DNA of 64,000 nucleotides, from positions 224,001 through 288,000 of the forward strand of contig CAWCKJ010000003.1 in assembly GCA_963796105.1 (NCBI GenBank), read 5' to 3'. This document shows positions 40,432 to 49,863 of the stretch, piece by piece. Below the pieces are notes generated by a model. That model was not told the origin of the DNA, made no database searches, and worked only from the letters and a program-made list of their open reading frames with translations. The stretch comes from a candidate division FCPU426 bacterium. GTDB taxonomy: Bacteria; Oederibacteriota; Muellerivitia; Muellerivitales; Muellerivitaceae. The translations under genes were made by a program, and so were the position numbers. Each line of letters begins with the position of its first letter. The first letter of the stretch is position 1.

Positions 40432-41685
40432 TTAGGTTTTCGGCTCCTGCATAAGGAACCCCACCAACTTGGCGGTTAAGCCGCCTTTCAAGAACCTTTG
40501 GGCGGCCTGGGCCGTCTCCAAGGCCTTTTGCCCCCCGGTCACGGACAAGTGGATCTCATAAGCCTCCCCGCCCTTGTGTTTGACCTTAATATCGGGCCCC
40601 AAACCCTTCCAAGCCTCCGCCATGGGGTCTTTTTCCTTATTGGAAGCCTTTTTAGTGTCAAAATCCCTAGCTTCATTCCCGTCCTTGACCCATTCGACCA
40701 TCTTTTTGGCTAAAACTTCCGGCATTCTGTTATCAATGACGATTTCAAGGGTTTCTTCAATCAAATCAGGGTCCGCCAATTTAGCCAATATCAGCAAAAT
40801 GGACTCGGTTATCAAATATTCGGGCTCTTCTTTGCCCAGCTGCTGGGCAGGATCGTCTCCAGTCTCTGCCTGGGTGCCCAGCGGCTGGGCATTTGTAACA
40901 CCGGTATCGATCTTTGCGCCCAGAGGCTGGGCAGTATCGGTCCCAGTCTCGGCTTGGGTGCCCAGCGGCTGGGCAGTTTTAACCCCGGTATCGGCCTCCG
41001 CGCCCAGCGGCTGGGCATGGTAATCCTCTGGAAGAAGGGCTTTGTCCTTGTTCAACATAATCGAAATCCTGGCGTCCTCAGTAAGGAGACTTGTCAATAT
41101 CAAAGCATTATAAACCTTGCCTTTGGACAAGCCCAACAGCTTGGCAAGCTGTCTTTGGGACAATTTCGGATTGGCCTTATGTTCCACTTCAATCGCTACA
41201 TCCAAATCCCACCAATCCATTTCAACAAGGTTATTGTCCATAAAGGCGGAAAAATGGGTTTTTTCGGGGGGAATATCCACGATTTCACATTTCAAGGCCT
41301 CAAACCCGGCCAGCTTTGCCCCTTCCAGGCGCCTGTGGCCCCCGATCACCATATATTCGAAACCCATTTCAGCGAGCGTTTCCTTGGGTACTACCTGTCC
41401 CTCATATTCCGGTTTTCGTAGGGAAGCTTTTTCTTCCGCCGTCAGGGGACGGACTTTTAGCAGGGTTTGCTGGCCTATGGCTTTCAGGGAATCGGCCATT
41501 TCCCCGATGCAACCAGGCCTTATTAGATGCCGTGGCTGATCGATATTGGGCATTAGCTTTTTTATGGGAATCTTTTTCACCTGAACCCGGGTCTCCAATC
41601 CGGGTTCGTGGTTTGGTATCTTCTTTTTCGGGTTGGCGTCGGTCGATGCTGGATTGGGGGAAGAAGCTTTTGGATTTTTCGACAT
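40432..41685 (-). CDS. Orphan ParB/RepB/Spo0J-family protein with internal 14-aa repeats
   Basis: 'PNIDQPR', 'SLKAIGQ', 'IGGHRRLEGA' (arginine patch), HTH 'LSQRQLAKLLGLSKGKV'; GGAGG RBS before ATG at 41685. Confidence 0.88.
   Translation of the reverse strand: MSKNPKASSPNPASTDANPKKKIPNHEPGLETRVQVKKIPIKKLMPNIDQPRHLIRPGCIGEMADSLKAIGQQTLLKVRPLTAEEKASLRKPEYEGQVVPKETLAEMGFEYMVIGGHRRLEGAKLAGFEALKCEIVDIPPEKTHFSAFMDNNLVEMDWWDLDVAIEVEHKANPKLSQRQLAKLLGLSKGKVYNALILTSLLTEDARISIMLNKDKALLPEDYHAQPLGAEADTGVKTAQPLGTQAETGTDTAQPLGAKIDTGVTNAQPLGTQAETGDDPAQQLGKEEPEYLITESILLILAKLADPDLIEETLEIVIDNRMPEVLAKKMVEWVKDGNEARDFDTKKASNKEKDPMAEAWKGLGPDIKVKHKGGEAYEIHLSVTGGQKALETAQAAQRFLKGGLTAKLVGFLMQEPKT
40833..41017. repeat. 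Array of five 17-bp palindromes at a 42-bp period inside parB
   Basis: (T/C)GCCCAG(C/A)-N-GCTGGGCA starting at 40833, 40875, 40917, 40959 and 41001. Confidence 0.95.
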
Positions 41686-41858
41686 AAGGAACCTCCAAAT
41701 AAATAGTTTTTGAGGGTTGAAAAACCCATCTGCGATGGAATTTTTCAACAGTCTCAGATTTGAGCCGCTTACGTATCCAAAAATAATCCCGACCCTTCGA
41801 ATGGGTCAATAGGAAAATGTATTCCACGGTATATAATGCGAAACTAATCCAGCTTTAA

Positions 41859-43292
41859 TTGGAGCCAATTTTGTCAATCGTACCGCCGGAAATATTAAAA
41901 GCCTGCGACATTCGCGGCATTTACCCAAAACCCTTGGGAAATTCACAAGCTGAAAAAATAGGGTTGGCCCTTGGAACCCTCGTCAAGGAAGAATCCCATA
42001 GGAACATTAAAGTCGTGGTGGGCCATGATATCCGCCGGTCGAGTGTCAAATTATCCCAATACCTGATCCGGGGTTTGCACGAAACAGGACTGAAAACCCT
42101 GGACGCGGGGTTGGTTTCAACCCCTCTGCTGGCCTTCGCCACAAGGTTTAGCGGCGCGTCGGTTGGAATCATGGTTACCGCCTCCCACAATCCGCCCCAA
42201 TACAATGGGTTTAAATTCTTCACCCGGGGAATTCCAGCTTCCATTTCATGGATCAATAAATTTTACGCGCTTCTAAGAAAAGGAAATTTCAGAAAAGGCG
42301 CGGGTATTTTAGAAAAAAAAGATTTTTACCCTGATTATCGAAACGCGTTAGTGAATGAGATTGCCGTTAATTTCAATGGATTCCGGCTGGTTCTTGATCC
42401 TGGAAACGGCATGGCTTCCCTGACAGCTCCATTGATATTAAAAACACTACATTGCGACTTGAGAATGATGAACGGAAAACCTAATGGAAGCTTTCCAGGA
42501 AGGGGCGCGGACAGTTCTTCACCTCACGCATTGACCGCTGTTGGGGAAAAAGTGAAAAAATCAAAAGCTCAGCTGGGAGTGACATTTGACGGGGACGCCG
42601 ACCGGGTAAGCTTCGTGGATGAAACGGGAACCGTTGTCCCAAACGACATCATTCTTTGTTTATTCGCGAAAAAGTTCCTCAAGGTTAATAAGGTAAAAGG
42701 GGTCGTTTTCGACGTTAAGTGCTCAAATATTTTGGAAAAAACAATTCAGGATGCAGGAGGAAAACCACTTTTGGAAAGATCCGGCCATACCTTCATTTTT
42801 GACCGTATCCTTCATGAAAAGGCCCTGTTTGGCGGGGAAGCAAGCGGTCATTTTTTCCTGCCCGGACCATTTCCTGGGGACGCTCTTTATGCCTGTCTTA
42901 AACTTATGGAAATCATGAAAGAATCCGGTCAGAGCTTGTCCCAGCTCTGTCATTCCTATCCACCCCGGGTTTCAAGCCATGATATCAAGATAAAGTTTCC
43001 CACCGACAAACTTCCGCATTTATATGAAACCCTAAAAACCAGGGCGCTTCAAATGGGAGGTTCTGTTTCGAATGTGGATGGCGTAAGAGCCGTGTTTAAC
43101 TCCGGTTGGGGATTATTCCGCATGTCGGTGACGGAATCAGTCCTTTCATGCCGCTTTGAGGGGAACTCTGCCGCGGAAATATCTTCAATCGCTCAATCAT
43201 GGCTTCACGATGTCCCGGAACTTCAAGCGGAGGTTTTATCAGGTTTGCCGTCAAACCTATCAGACGTGCGCCAGGCAAAGGGCGGAAAATGA
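41859..43292 (+). CDS. Phosphomannomutase/phosphoglucomutase
   Basis: DIRGIY, TASHNP, FDGDADR, GEASGH motifs. Confidence 0.93.
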   Translation: MEPILSIVPPEILKACDIRGIYPKPLGNSQAEKIGLALGTLVKEESHRNIKVVVGHDIRRSSVKLSQYLIRGLHETGLKTLDAGLVSTPLLAFATRFSGASVGIMVTASHNPPQYNGFKFFTRGIPASISWINKFYALLRKGNFRKGAGILEKKDFYPDYRNALVNEIAVNFNGFRLVLDPGNGMASLTAPLILKTLHCDLRMMNGKPNGSFPGRGADSSSPHALTAVGEKVKKSKAQLGVTFDGDADRVSFVDETGTVVPNDIILCLFAKKFLKVNKVKGVVFDVKCSNILEKTIQDAGGKPLLERSGHTFIFDRILHEKALFGGEASGHFFLPGPFPGDALYACLKLMEIMKESGQSLSQLCHSYPPRVSSHDIKIKFPTDKLPHLYETLKTRALQMGGSVSNVDGVRAVFNSGWGLFRMSVTESVLSCRFEGNSAAEISSIAQSWLHDVPELQAEVLSGLPSNLSDVRQAKGGK

Positions 43293-43711
43293 TCTATTGT
43301 CTTTGGTGTGGTTCCGTCCGGGATCAACGCCTAGTGGAAATGGCCGCTGATTATGACCACAGGCTTAAACGGTTATGGCCAGTTTCCATAGTGGAAATAC
43401 GTGATTCCATAAAGGATATCAAGAAATGGGCTGAGGGGAAAAAGGGGCGCGGCCTTTTTGTCTCCCTGGACCCGAATGGGGAACTTATGGATTCGGATAA
43501 ATTCGGACGCTGGGTGACGGAATCCGCCAGAGAAATATATTTTTTCGCGTGGGGGACAGACGGTCCGCCGCCGGATTTAGGTATTTCTTGGGATCTTAAA
43601 CTAAGCTTATCACCCATGACCTACTCTCATGGTCTGGCACGGGTTCTCTTGATGGAACAATTGTATCGGGCTGGAGCGGTTTTGAAAGGTCATCCTTATC
43701 CCCATCATTAA
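43289..43711 (+). CDS. rlmH: 23S rRNA pseudouridine-1915 N3-methyltransferase (SPOUT family)
   Basis: 'LDPNGE...S..F', 'LSLSPMTYSHGLARVLLMEQLYRA.....GHPY.H'. Confidence 0.85.
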   Translation: MIYCLWCGSVRDQRLVEMAADYDHRLKRLWPVSIVEIRDSIKDIKKWAEGKKGRGLFVSLDPNGELMDSDKFGRWVTESAREIYFFAWGTDGPPPDLGISWDLKLSLSPMTYSHGLARVLLMEQLYRAGAVLKGHPYPHH

Positions 43712-43830
43712 GGAGTTTCGATTCGATCAAACCATATGAAATCACCCGTATTTATTTTGAAACTGTCCAGTGATTAAAATCGTCATATAGTGGAATGTAT
43801 CTATTCGTAAAATCATGCTTGGAGGAAGAA

Positions 43831-44640
43831 ATGCCTGGAAAAATGCTTACTCGAGTTTTTATGGGTTTCTCTTTTAGCCTCGTTATCGCGTTTTCCTACC
43901 CCTATGAATCCCATTCTCAGACTCTTAAAAACAATAACCCTGCGGAGTACATTGTTGAGGACATCCATGGGAACAACGTCCAGGTGTTGGAAGGGGGAAC
44001 CAAAGAATGGGAACAAACGCAAGAAGGCCAGGTTCTGGAAAACGGGGACGAGATCAAAACCGGAACCGACAGCGAGGCAACTTTAATGCTTCAATCGGAA
44101 ACATCCGTCCATTTGAGTCCCGGATCCGACTTGAAAGTGGGTCAAGTGGAGCCTAACGAGAATTCGGGGTTTGTCAGCCGGTTGGAACTGCTTTTCGGCG
44201 GAATTCTCGCGGATGTGAAAAAAAATCTACAAGACAGCCATTCCACTTTCGAGGTGGATTCCAACGGGGTGGTATGCGGAGTGAGGGGAACAGCCTTTGA
44301 GGTCGAGACAAAAGGCGACAATGTCCTCGCCTCCACCCACGAGGGAAACGTGGAAGTGACGGGGAGTAATGGCGTATCCCGAACTGTTTCCGCCGGAACC
44401 GCGTCCTCTTTCCAAAGGGGAATGTTCAGGCTTGAGAGGCGCTTAGACCGGAAACAAATCGAAAGGTTTGAAAAATGGAGGGAGTTCCGCGGGTTTGTTA
44501 TGAAAAAACGCATGAGGAGAATCGAAGCTTTGAGACACCATCTTAGAAAGCCGTGGAAACGCAGGCATCCCATGAACGGGAATAATTGGAAAAAAAAGAT
44601 GTTGAACCGAAGACCCGGATTTCATCCCGATCATACGTGA
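43831..44640 (+). CDS. FecR-domain exported protein with basic C-terminal tail
   Basis: 'GDEIKTG.DS.A.L', 'FEVDS...VCGVRGTAF.V', 'EGNVEV'. Confidence 0.8.
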   Translation: MPGKMLTRVFMGFSFSLVIAFSYPYESHSQTLKNNNPAEYIVEDIHGNNVQVLEGGTKEWEQTQEGQVLENGDEIKTGTDSEATLMLQSETSVHLSPGSDLKVGQVEPNENSGFVSRLELLFGGILADVKKNLQDSHSTFEVDSNGVVCGVRGTAFEVETKGDNVLASTHEGNVEVTGSNGVSRTVSAGTASSFQRGMFRLERRLDRKQIERFEKWREFRGFVMKKRMRRIEALRHHLRKPWKRRHPMNGNNWKKKMLNRRPGFHPDHT

Positions 44641-44751
44641 GATCCGGCGGACTCCATCGTTTTGTTTAAAGACATCTTTTAAAACGAAAAACAATACAAA
44701 CCGCAAGTCATCCCTCTGAGAAAATTATTAATGATCCCATTAAGGCTATTA

Positions 44752-44971
44752 GGGGAACCTCTAAATATTCATATAGACCCTCGCCCCTTGAGGGAGAGGG
44801 TAGGGTGAGGGGTATTTATTCAAAACAATTTCACCCTCATGCCGACCCTTCTATAAAGCTTTTAAAGAGGTCGGTATCGTACCGATCTCCTTAAATTTTT
44901 AAAGATAATCGGTACATCCCATCCTTACTCCCCTCCAGGGAGAAGGTGAACGGTAATTTTTAGTGGTGCCT
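44752..44971. mobile_element. MITE/REPIN-like element, family B, copy 3, carrying a 74-bp nested insertion
   Basis: Co-linear with 37881-38021 except for an insert at 44841-44914 flanked by duplicated CAT. Confidence 0.75.
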
Positions 44972-45028
44972 TCAATTATTTTTCCTCCTCCCCTAGCCGA
45001 AAAGACATCTAAAGGTTAGTCTAATCCC

Positions 45029-47083
45029 ATGAACGTGTCCCAGAGACTTCTTCCTGTTTTCAAAAATATGGTTTTGGAAGACCGGCCCCAGCAGAACCAA
45101 ATGGCTGAGGCCGTCAAAAACACCCTTCAAAACGGCGGATTCCTGATGGTCGAAGCCGGAACAGGGGTTGGAAAGAGTTTCGCCTACCTTCTTCCAGCCT
45201 TGGATTACGCCCTTCAATCGGACGGTCCACTGGTCGTTTCCACCCATACCTTGACCCTACAGGAACAACTTTTCCAAAAAGACCTTCCCATGGTGTTAAA
45301 GGCTTTGGAAGCGGAGGGACATGGCAGGGTCCAGGCGGTCTTACTCAAGGGAAGAGGGAATTATTTATCAAAAAGACGTTTAAAACTGGCTTTGGAAAGC
45401 CGGTCGCAATTGGATTTTGACGGGGAACCAGGCACCCTTTACAAAATACAAGAATGGGCCGAGGGATCGCTGGAGGGCACTCTATCCACGGTTGATTTTC
45501 CAATTTCAAATGAGATCTGGAGCGAGGTAAGGAGCGATCAATACCACTGTCTCGGGTCCACCTGTCCAACTTATGAAAGTTGTTTCTACCAGCAAGCACG
45601 GAAAAAAGCCTATTCAGCGAAGCTGGTTCTGGTTAATCACGCTCTTTTACTCGCGGACCTTGCCTTGAAAATGGAGTCGGAGCAGGGGGTCCTTCCCCCC
45701 TATGAGGCTCTCATTGTGGACGAGGCCCATCATTTTCCCTCCATGGCCTCTGAGCATCTGGCGTCTTCTGTGACGCTGTCCGAATGCTACGCCTTGGGCA
45801 GGCATCTTCTTTATTCCGACGATGGGGAAGGGAAAAAAGGAAAGGGCTTGTTCGCCTTGATCCCTACCCAAGGCGCCGGGGAAGCCGTTTCGGTATTTTT
45901 ATCTTCAGTTTCCGATTTTTTCTCCGGTTTTTTTCCCGGTAAGCGTGATTCCACCGTCAATCCGCGCGCCATTCATTTACCGAAGACTCCCCCCTCGCCA
46001 GGACCTCTCACGCGGGCTTTGACCACCCTGGAAGGTTTGCTGGAAAGGGCCGCTGAATCGGCACCATCGGATGAGTTGAGACTGGAGGCTTTGGGTTCAA
46101 GGGAAGAATGCCGGGAATTGGTCAGACGCCTATCATTCATTTTGGAGAGGGGATTGGGCGATGAAGCCTGTTATGTTGTGGAGCCCGACATTTATGCCTT
46201 TAAAAAAGGGGAAATGAGGGCGGGACAACTAAGGGCGATACCATTAGATTCCTCTGAATTGATTAGGGAACATCTTCTTTCCTCGGTTAAAACCGCCGTG
46301 TTTACTAGCGCGACCTTGTCCGTAGGGAAGGATTTCCGTTATTTCAAACACGCGTTGGGACTGGATGGCCCGGACGAAGCGCCCCGGGTGGTGACGCTCC
46401 AGGTGGGTTCCCCATTTGATTTCAAAAAACAGGTGACCATTCTTCTACCAAGGGGGATGCCTCACCCCCGAAGAGAGGAAGCACGCTATCAAGAAGAAGT
46501 CATTCGTTACGTCAGGGCCTCCATAAAAGATTCCCACGGAAAGGCCTTTGTCCTGTTTACGAGTTTTAAAATGCTCAGGCAGGTCGCAGAGGCCATTCGC
46601 GGCGACCTTGAGGATTGGGGCATTACCCTTTTAATCCAAGGCGAGGAAGGATGGGACAGGACCAAGCTGTTAAAGGCCTTTCGAGAGGATATCCATTCGG
46701 TCTTGTTGGGCGTCAACAGTTTTTGGGAAGGGGTGGATGTCCCGGGAGAGGCCCTTTCCAATTTGATCATCACCAAAATCCCTTTCCAGGTTCCCGAAGG
46801 ACCCTTGGTGGAAGCTCGGCATGCTCGATTAAAGGAACAAGGCTTGGAACCCTTCCGCGTGGAAAGCCTGCCCGAGGCGGTCCTCCGGTTAAAACAGGGT
46901 TTTGGGCGCTTAATCAGGACTTCCACTGACGTGGGCACCGTGACATTATTGGACCCGCGCTTGACTACAGAGTCTTGGGGGAAGATCTTCCTGGAGTCCA
47001 TTCCGGAATGCAGGATCGCGTACCTTGATAAAAACGGACAACAGGATAAAAAGACTTCTTCGGGACGTAAGCGCTCAAATTAA
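45029..47083 (+). CDS. DinG/YoaA-family ATP-dependent DNA helicase
   Basis: EAGTGVGKS, DEAH, TSATL, FWEGVDVPG, QGFGRLIR. Confidence 0.93.
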   Translation: MNVSQRLLPVFKNMVLEDRPQQNQMAEAVKNTLQNGGFLMVEAGTGVGKSFAYLLPALDYALQSDGPLVVSTHTLTLQEQLFQKDLPMVLKALEAEGHGRVQAVLLKGRGNYLSKRRLKLALESRSQLDFDGEPGTLYKIQEWAEGSLEGTLSTVDFPISNEIWSEVRSDQYHCLGSTCPTYESCFYQQARKKAYSAKLVLVNHALLLADLALKMESEQGVLPPYEALIVDEAHHFPSMASEHLASSVTLSECYALGRHLLYSDDGEGKKGKGLFALIPTQGAGEAVSVFLSSVSDFFSGFFPGKRDSTVNPRAIHLPKTPPSPGPLTRALTTLEGLLERAAESAPSDELRLEALGSREECRELVRRLSFILERGLGDEACYVVEPDIYAFKKGEMRAGQLRAIPLDSSELIREHLLSSVKTAVFTSATLSVGKDFRYFKHALGLDGPDEAPRVVTLQVGSPFDFKKQVTILLPRGMPHPRREEARYQEEVIRYVRASIKDSHGKAFVLFTSFKMLRQVAEAIRGDLEDWGITLLIQGEEGWDRTKLLKAFREDIHSVLLGVNSFWEGVDVPGEALSNLIITKIPFQVPEGPLVEARHARLKEQGLEPFRVESLPEAVLRLKQGFGRLIRTSTDVGTVTLLDPRLTTESWGKIFLESIPECRIAYLDKNGQQDKKTSSGRKRSN

Positions 47084-47288
47084 GGTCCATTCCTTCAATG
47101 AAATCCCCGAAATGATAAAGATGATGGGCTTGTGCCGATCTTCCATGAAAGTATATGGAGATCGGTACGATACAAGCCTCACTTATAGATTAATAGATGG
47201 CTGGCATGCCCCCTGTCGTTTTAAAAAGATTTCACTCTTCCATTCAATTTCAGGGTTGAACCCTGGCATTTTCCTGTAAAATGATTTC

Positions 47289-48356
47289 ATGCCCCGACAA
47301 AAAACGCCTTTAACCGCCAAGCCGCCTGAGGGACCAGCGGAAGATGAAATCCGCGTCATGAACCCTGAAAAATCCGGCGAAGATGAGGAAGCCACCCTCA
47401 GGCCAAGACATTTAAACGAATACGTGGGTCAGAAAGCCCTAAAGGAATCCCTCTCCATCGCGCTGATGGCGGCCCAGAACCGGAAGGAAGCCCTGGAACA
47501 TTTGCTTCTCGCCGGGCCCCCCGGATTGGGTAAAACCACCTTAGCTTCGATTATCGCCAAGGAAATGGGAGTTAATATCAAGACCACCTCCGGTCCCATC
47601 ATTGAAAGAGCCGGGGATTTGGCCGCCATTCTTACCAACCTTCAACCCCAAGATTTGCTGTTCATAGATGAAATTCACCGCCTTCCGCGCGTCGTGGAGG
47701 AGGTTCTGTATCCCGCCATGGAGGATTTTCAGCTTGATATCATGATCGGCAAGGGTCCCACGGCCAGGGCCATCCGCCTTCAGCTGCCTCCTTTCACGCT
47801 CGTGGGGGCTACCACCCGGGCGGGAAAAGTCAGCGCTCCTTTGCGTGACCGCTTCGGCCTGACGTTCCGGCTGGAGTTTTACCAGACCGAGGATTTGGTG
47901 GAAATCGTGAAGAGATCCGCCCAGGTTCTGAAGGTTCCGGTGACGGATGACGGCGCTCTCGAAATCGCCAAACGCTCCAGGGGCACCCCCCGTCTCGCCA
48001 ATCGATTGTTGAAAAGGGTCCGGGATTTCGCGGATGTACGCCGAAAAGGCTTGGTGGATAAGGAAGTCGCCGACTCGGCCCTGCTATTATTGGAGGTGGA
48101 CCAATTGGGATTGGACCGGATGGACAAGAGGATTCTTTCCTGCGTGATTGAGAAATTCTCGGGAGGCCCTGTGGGTATCGACACCCTCGCCATGGCTGTC
48201 GGGGAGGAGGCGGAAACCATTGAGGATCTTCATGAACCATTTCTGGTCCAAATCGGTTTTTTACAAAGGACCTCGAACGGCAGGAAAGCCACCCTGCTGG
48301 CCTATGAGCATTTAGGTTTGAAACCCCCAGCGGGATCTCAAGGGAGCCTCTTATGA
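47289..48356 (+). CDS. ruvB: Holliday junction branch migration helicase RuvB
   Basis: LRP...[31 protein letters not shown]. Confidence 0.98.
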   Translation: MPRQKTPLTAKPPEGPAEDEIRVMNPEKSGEDEEATLRPRHLNEYVGQKALKESLSIALMAAQNRKEALEHLLLAGPPGLGKTTLASIIAKEMGVNIKTTSGPIIERAGDLAAILTNLQPQDLLFIDEIHRLPRVVEEVLYPAMEDFQLDIMIGKGPTARAIRLQLPPFTLVGATTRAGKVSAPLRDRFGLTFRLEFYQTEDLVEIVKRSAQVLKVPVTDDGALEIAKRSRGTPRLANRLLKRVRDFADVRRKGLVDKEVADSALLLLEVDQLGLDRMDKRILSCVIEKFSGGPVGIDTLAMAVGEEAETIEDLHEPFLVQIGFLQRTSNGRKATLLAYEHLGLKPPAGSQGSLL

Positions 48357-49621
48357 ACTACGGCAAGTCGGGTTTGAAACGCTCAGAACTGTTCCTTTAC
48401 GGCATCGTGGCCTTCATGGGAGCCGTTGTGGGTTTGGTATTCCCTTTTTTAACCAAAATCAAGGCTCCAAACCCGAATTGGGTTTACGTCATTGGCATTT
48501 TTTACGGCATTTTCGCGGCGGGATTGATCCTGTGGGTGATCCAGCGAATTGTCTTAAGCCCCCTGGAGGAATTTTTAACCTGCATGGAGGGTGTCGCCGG
48601 CGGTAACCTCAACGCCGCCATCCAAGGAAAGTACAGCGGGGATTTCCAGGATTTAGCGCGTCATTTCAATACCATGCTGGAATCACTGCGCGCCTCCATC
48701 ACCCAATTGAAAAAAAGCTCAGGGGATACCCTTCATCTGGCCCAGCAGCTTACAAGGACCGTTCAACAGATGCACGGCGCCACGGAGGAAGTCTCTTCCA
48801 CTATCCAGAATATCTCGAGAGGGGCGGAGGAACAGGCCCAAAAGGTCCAGGATACCTTCAACATCATCGACAAGATGGCCGGAAACATCCAAACCTCCGC
48901 GGAATTGCTCAATAGCTCAGGAAAGGTGGTCGCGCGCTCCAAAAAAGCCTCCGAGGCGGGAAGCCTCGCGGTTCAAAAAGCCATTTCCCAAATGCAGGCT
49001 ATCCATGAGGTTGTCCAGAATTCCGCCAGGGAGGTGACCGAGCTTGGGAACCGATCCAAGGCCATCGGAAAGGTCGTGGAAGTCATCACGAGCATCGCTG
49101 ACCAAACCAATTTGTTGGCCCTGAACGCCGCAATCGAGGCGGCTCGGGCCGGGGAATCCGGCCGGGGGTTCGCCGTCGTGGCCGAGGAAGTAAAAAAATT
49201 AGCCGACGGTTCCGCGGAAGCGGCCAGCCAGATCGGTCTTCGGGTCCGGGAGATCCAAAAGGAAATTTCAGCGGTCGTCTCCAGCATGGGGGCGGGAGCG
49301 GAAAAAGTGACTGAGGGCTTAAGGGTGGTCACGGAGGGCGGCGAAGCCCTTCAGGAAATCCAGTCAGCCTCCGATGAGGTTGTCATGCATACCCAGGAGA
49401 TCTCAAAATCTTTTGAAAACCAGGCCGACCAAGCCTCGAGCGTGGTTGAGGCTATAACCAACATCGTGGCGGTCTCGGAAGAAAACGCCTCCGCGACCGA
49501 GGAAATTTCCGCATCCACGCAGGAATTGACCGCCTCCATGGAATCCATGGTCGCCGCGGCCAGGCAATTGGAAGGGGTGGCCCAAGGATTAAAGGAAGCC
49601 TCGGCTAATTTCAAGGAATAA
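48353..49621 (+). CDS. Methyl-accepting chemotaxis protein
   Basis: Two TMs, HAMP, '[37 protein letters not shown]'. Confidence 0.95.
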   Translation: MNYGKSGLKRSELFLYGIVAFMGAVVGLVFPFLTKIKAPNPNWVYVIGIFYGIFAAGLILWVIQRIVLSPLEEFLTCMEGVAGGNLNAAIQGKYSGDFQDLARHFNTMLESLRASITQLKKSSGDTLHLAQQLTRTVQQMHGATEEVSSTIQNISRGAEEQAQKVQDTFNIIDKMAGNIQTSAELLNSSGKVVARSKKASEAGSLAVQKAISQMQAIHEVVQNSAREVTELGNRSKAIGKVVEVITSIADQTNLLALNAAIEAARAGESGRGFAVVAEEVKKLADGSAEAASQIGLRVREIQKEISAVVSSMGAGAEKVTEGLRVVTEGGEALQEIQSASDEVVMHTQEISKSFENQADQASSVVEAITNIVAVSEENASATEEISASTQELTASMESMVAAARQLEGVAQGLKEASANFKE

Positions 49622-49863
49622 ACCCCAAAATTCGATTGTTATTGGCCTAAGATGAAAATTTTTTATTTCCCCATTCCTTCTAAACCACGTTAAATCAACA
49701 GTGATTTCAATCTTGAAAATTTAAAAAAAAATATTATTTTATAAATCTTGAATAAACCTATAAAAGCACCCAGATCCCTGAAAAAGATGCTTGAAAAATT
49801 GAATAAAATGGTTATAAATCTTCACGCTTATCGTCGAAATAGATCATCGGCAAGGTTAACGGA

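Noticed and set aside
40833..41017. CRISPR array interpretation of the palindromic repeats
   Set aside because: Repeats are only 17 bp, the 25-bp spacers are related to each other, the array is in frame within a gene, and no cas genes are present.
41130..41146. Possible sixth palindrome copy (AGCCCAACAGCTTGGCA)
   Set aside because: It has several mismatches, is out of the 42-bp phase, and is explained by the HTH residues AKLLG.
47200..47285. Possible sigma54 promoters (TGGCAT...) upstream of ruvB
   Set aside because: No correctly spaced -12 TGC element.
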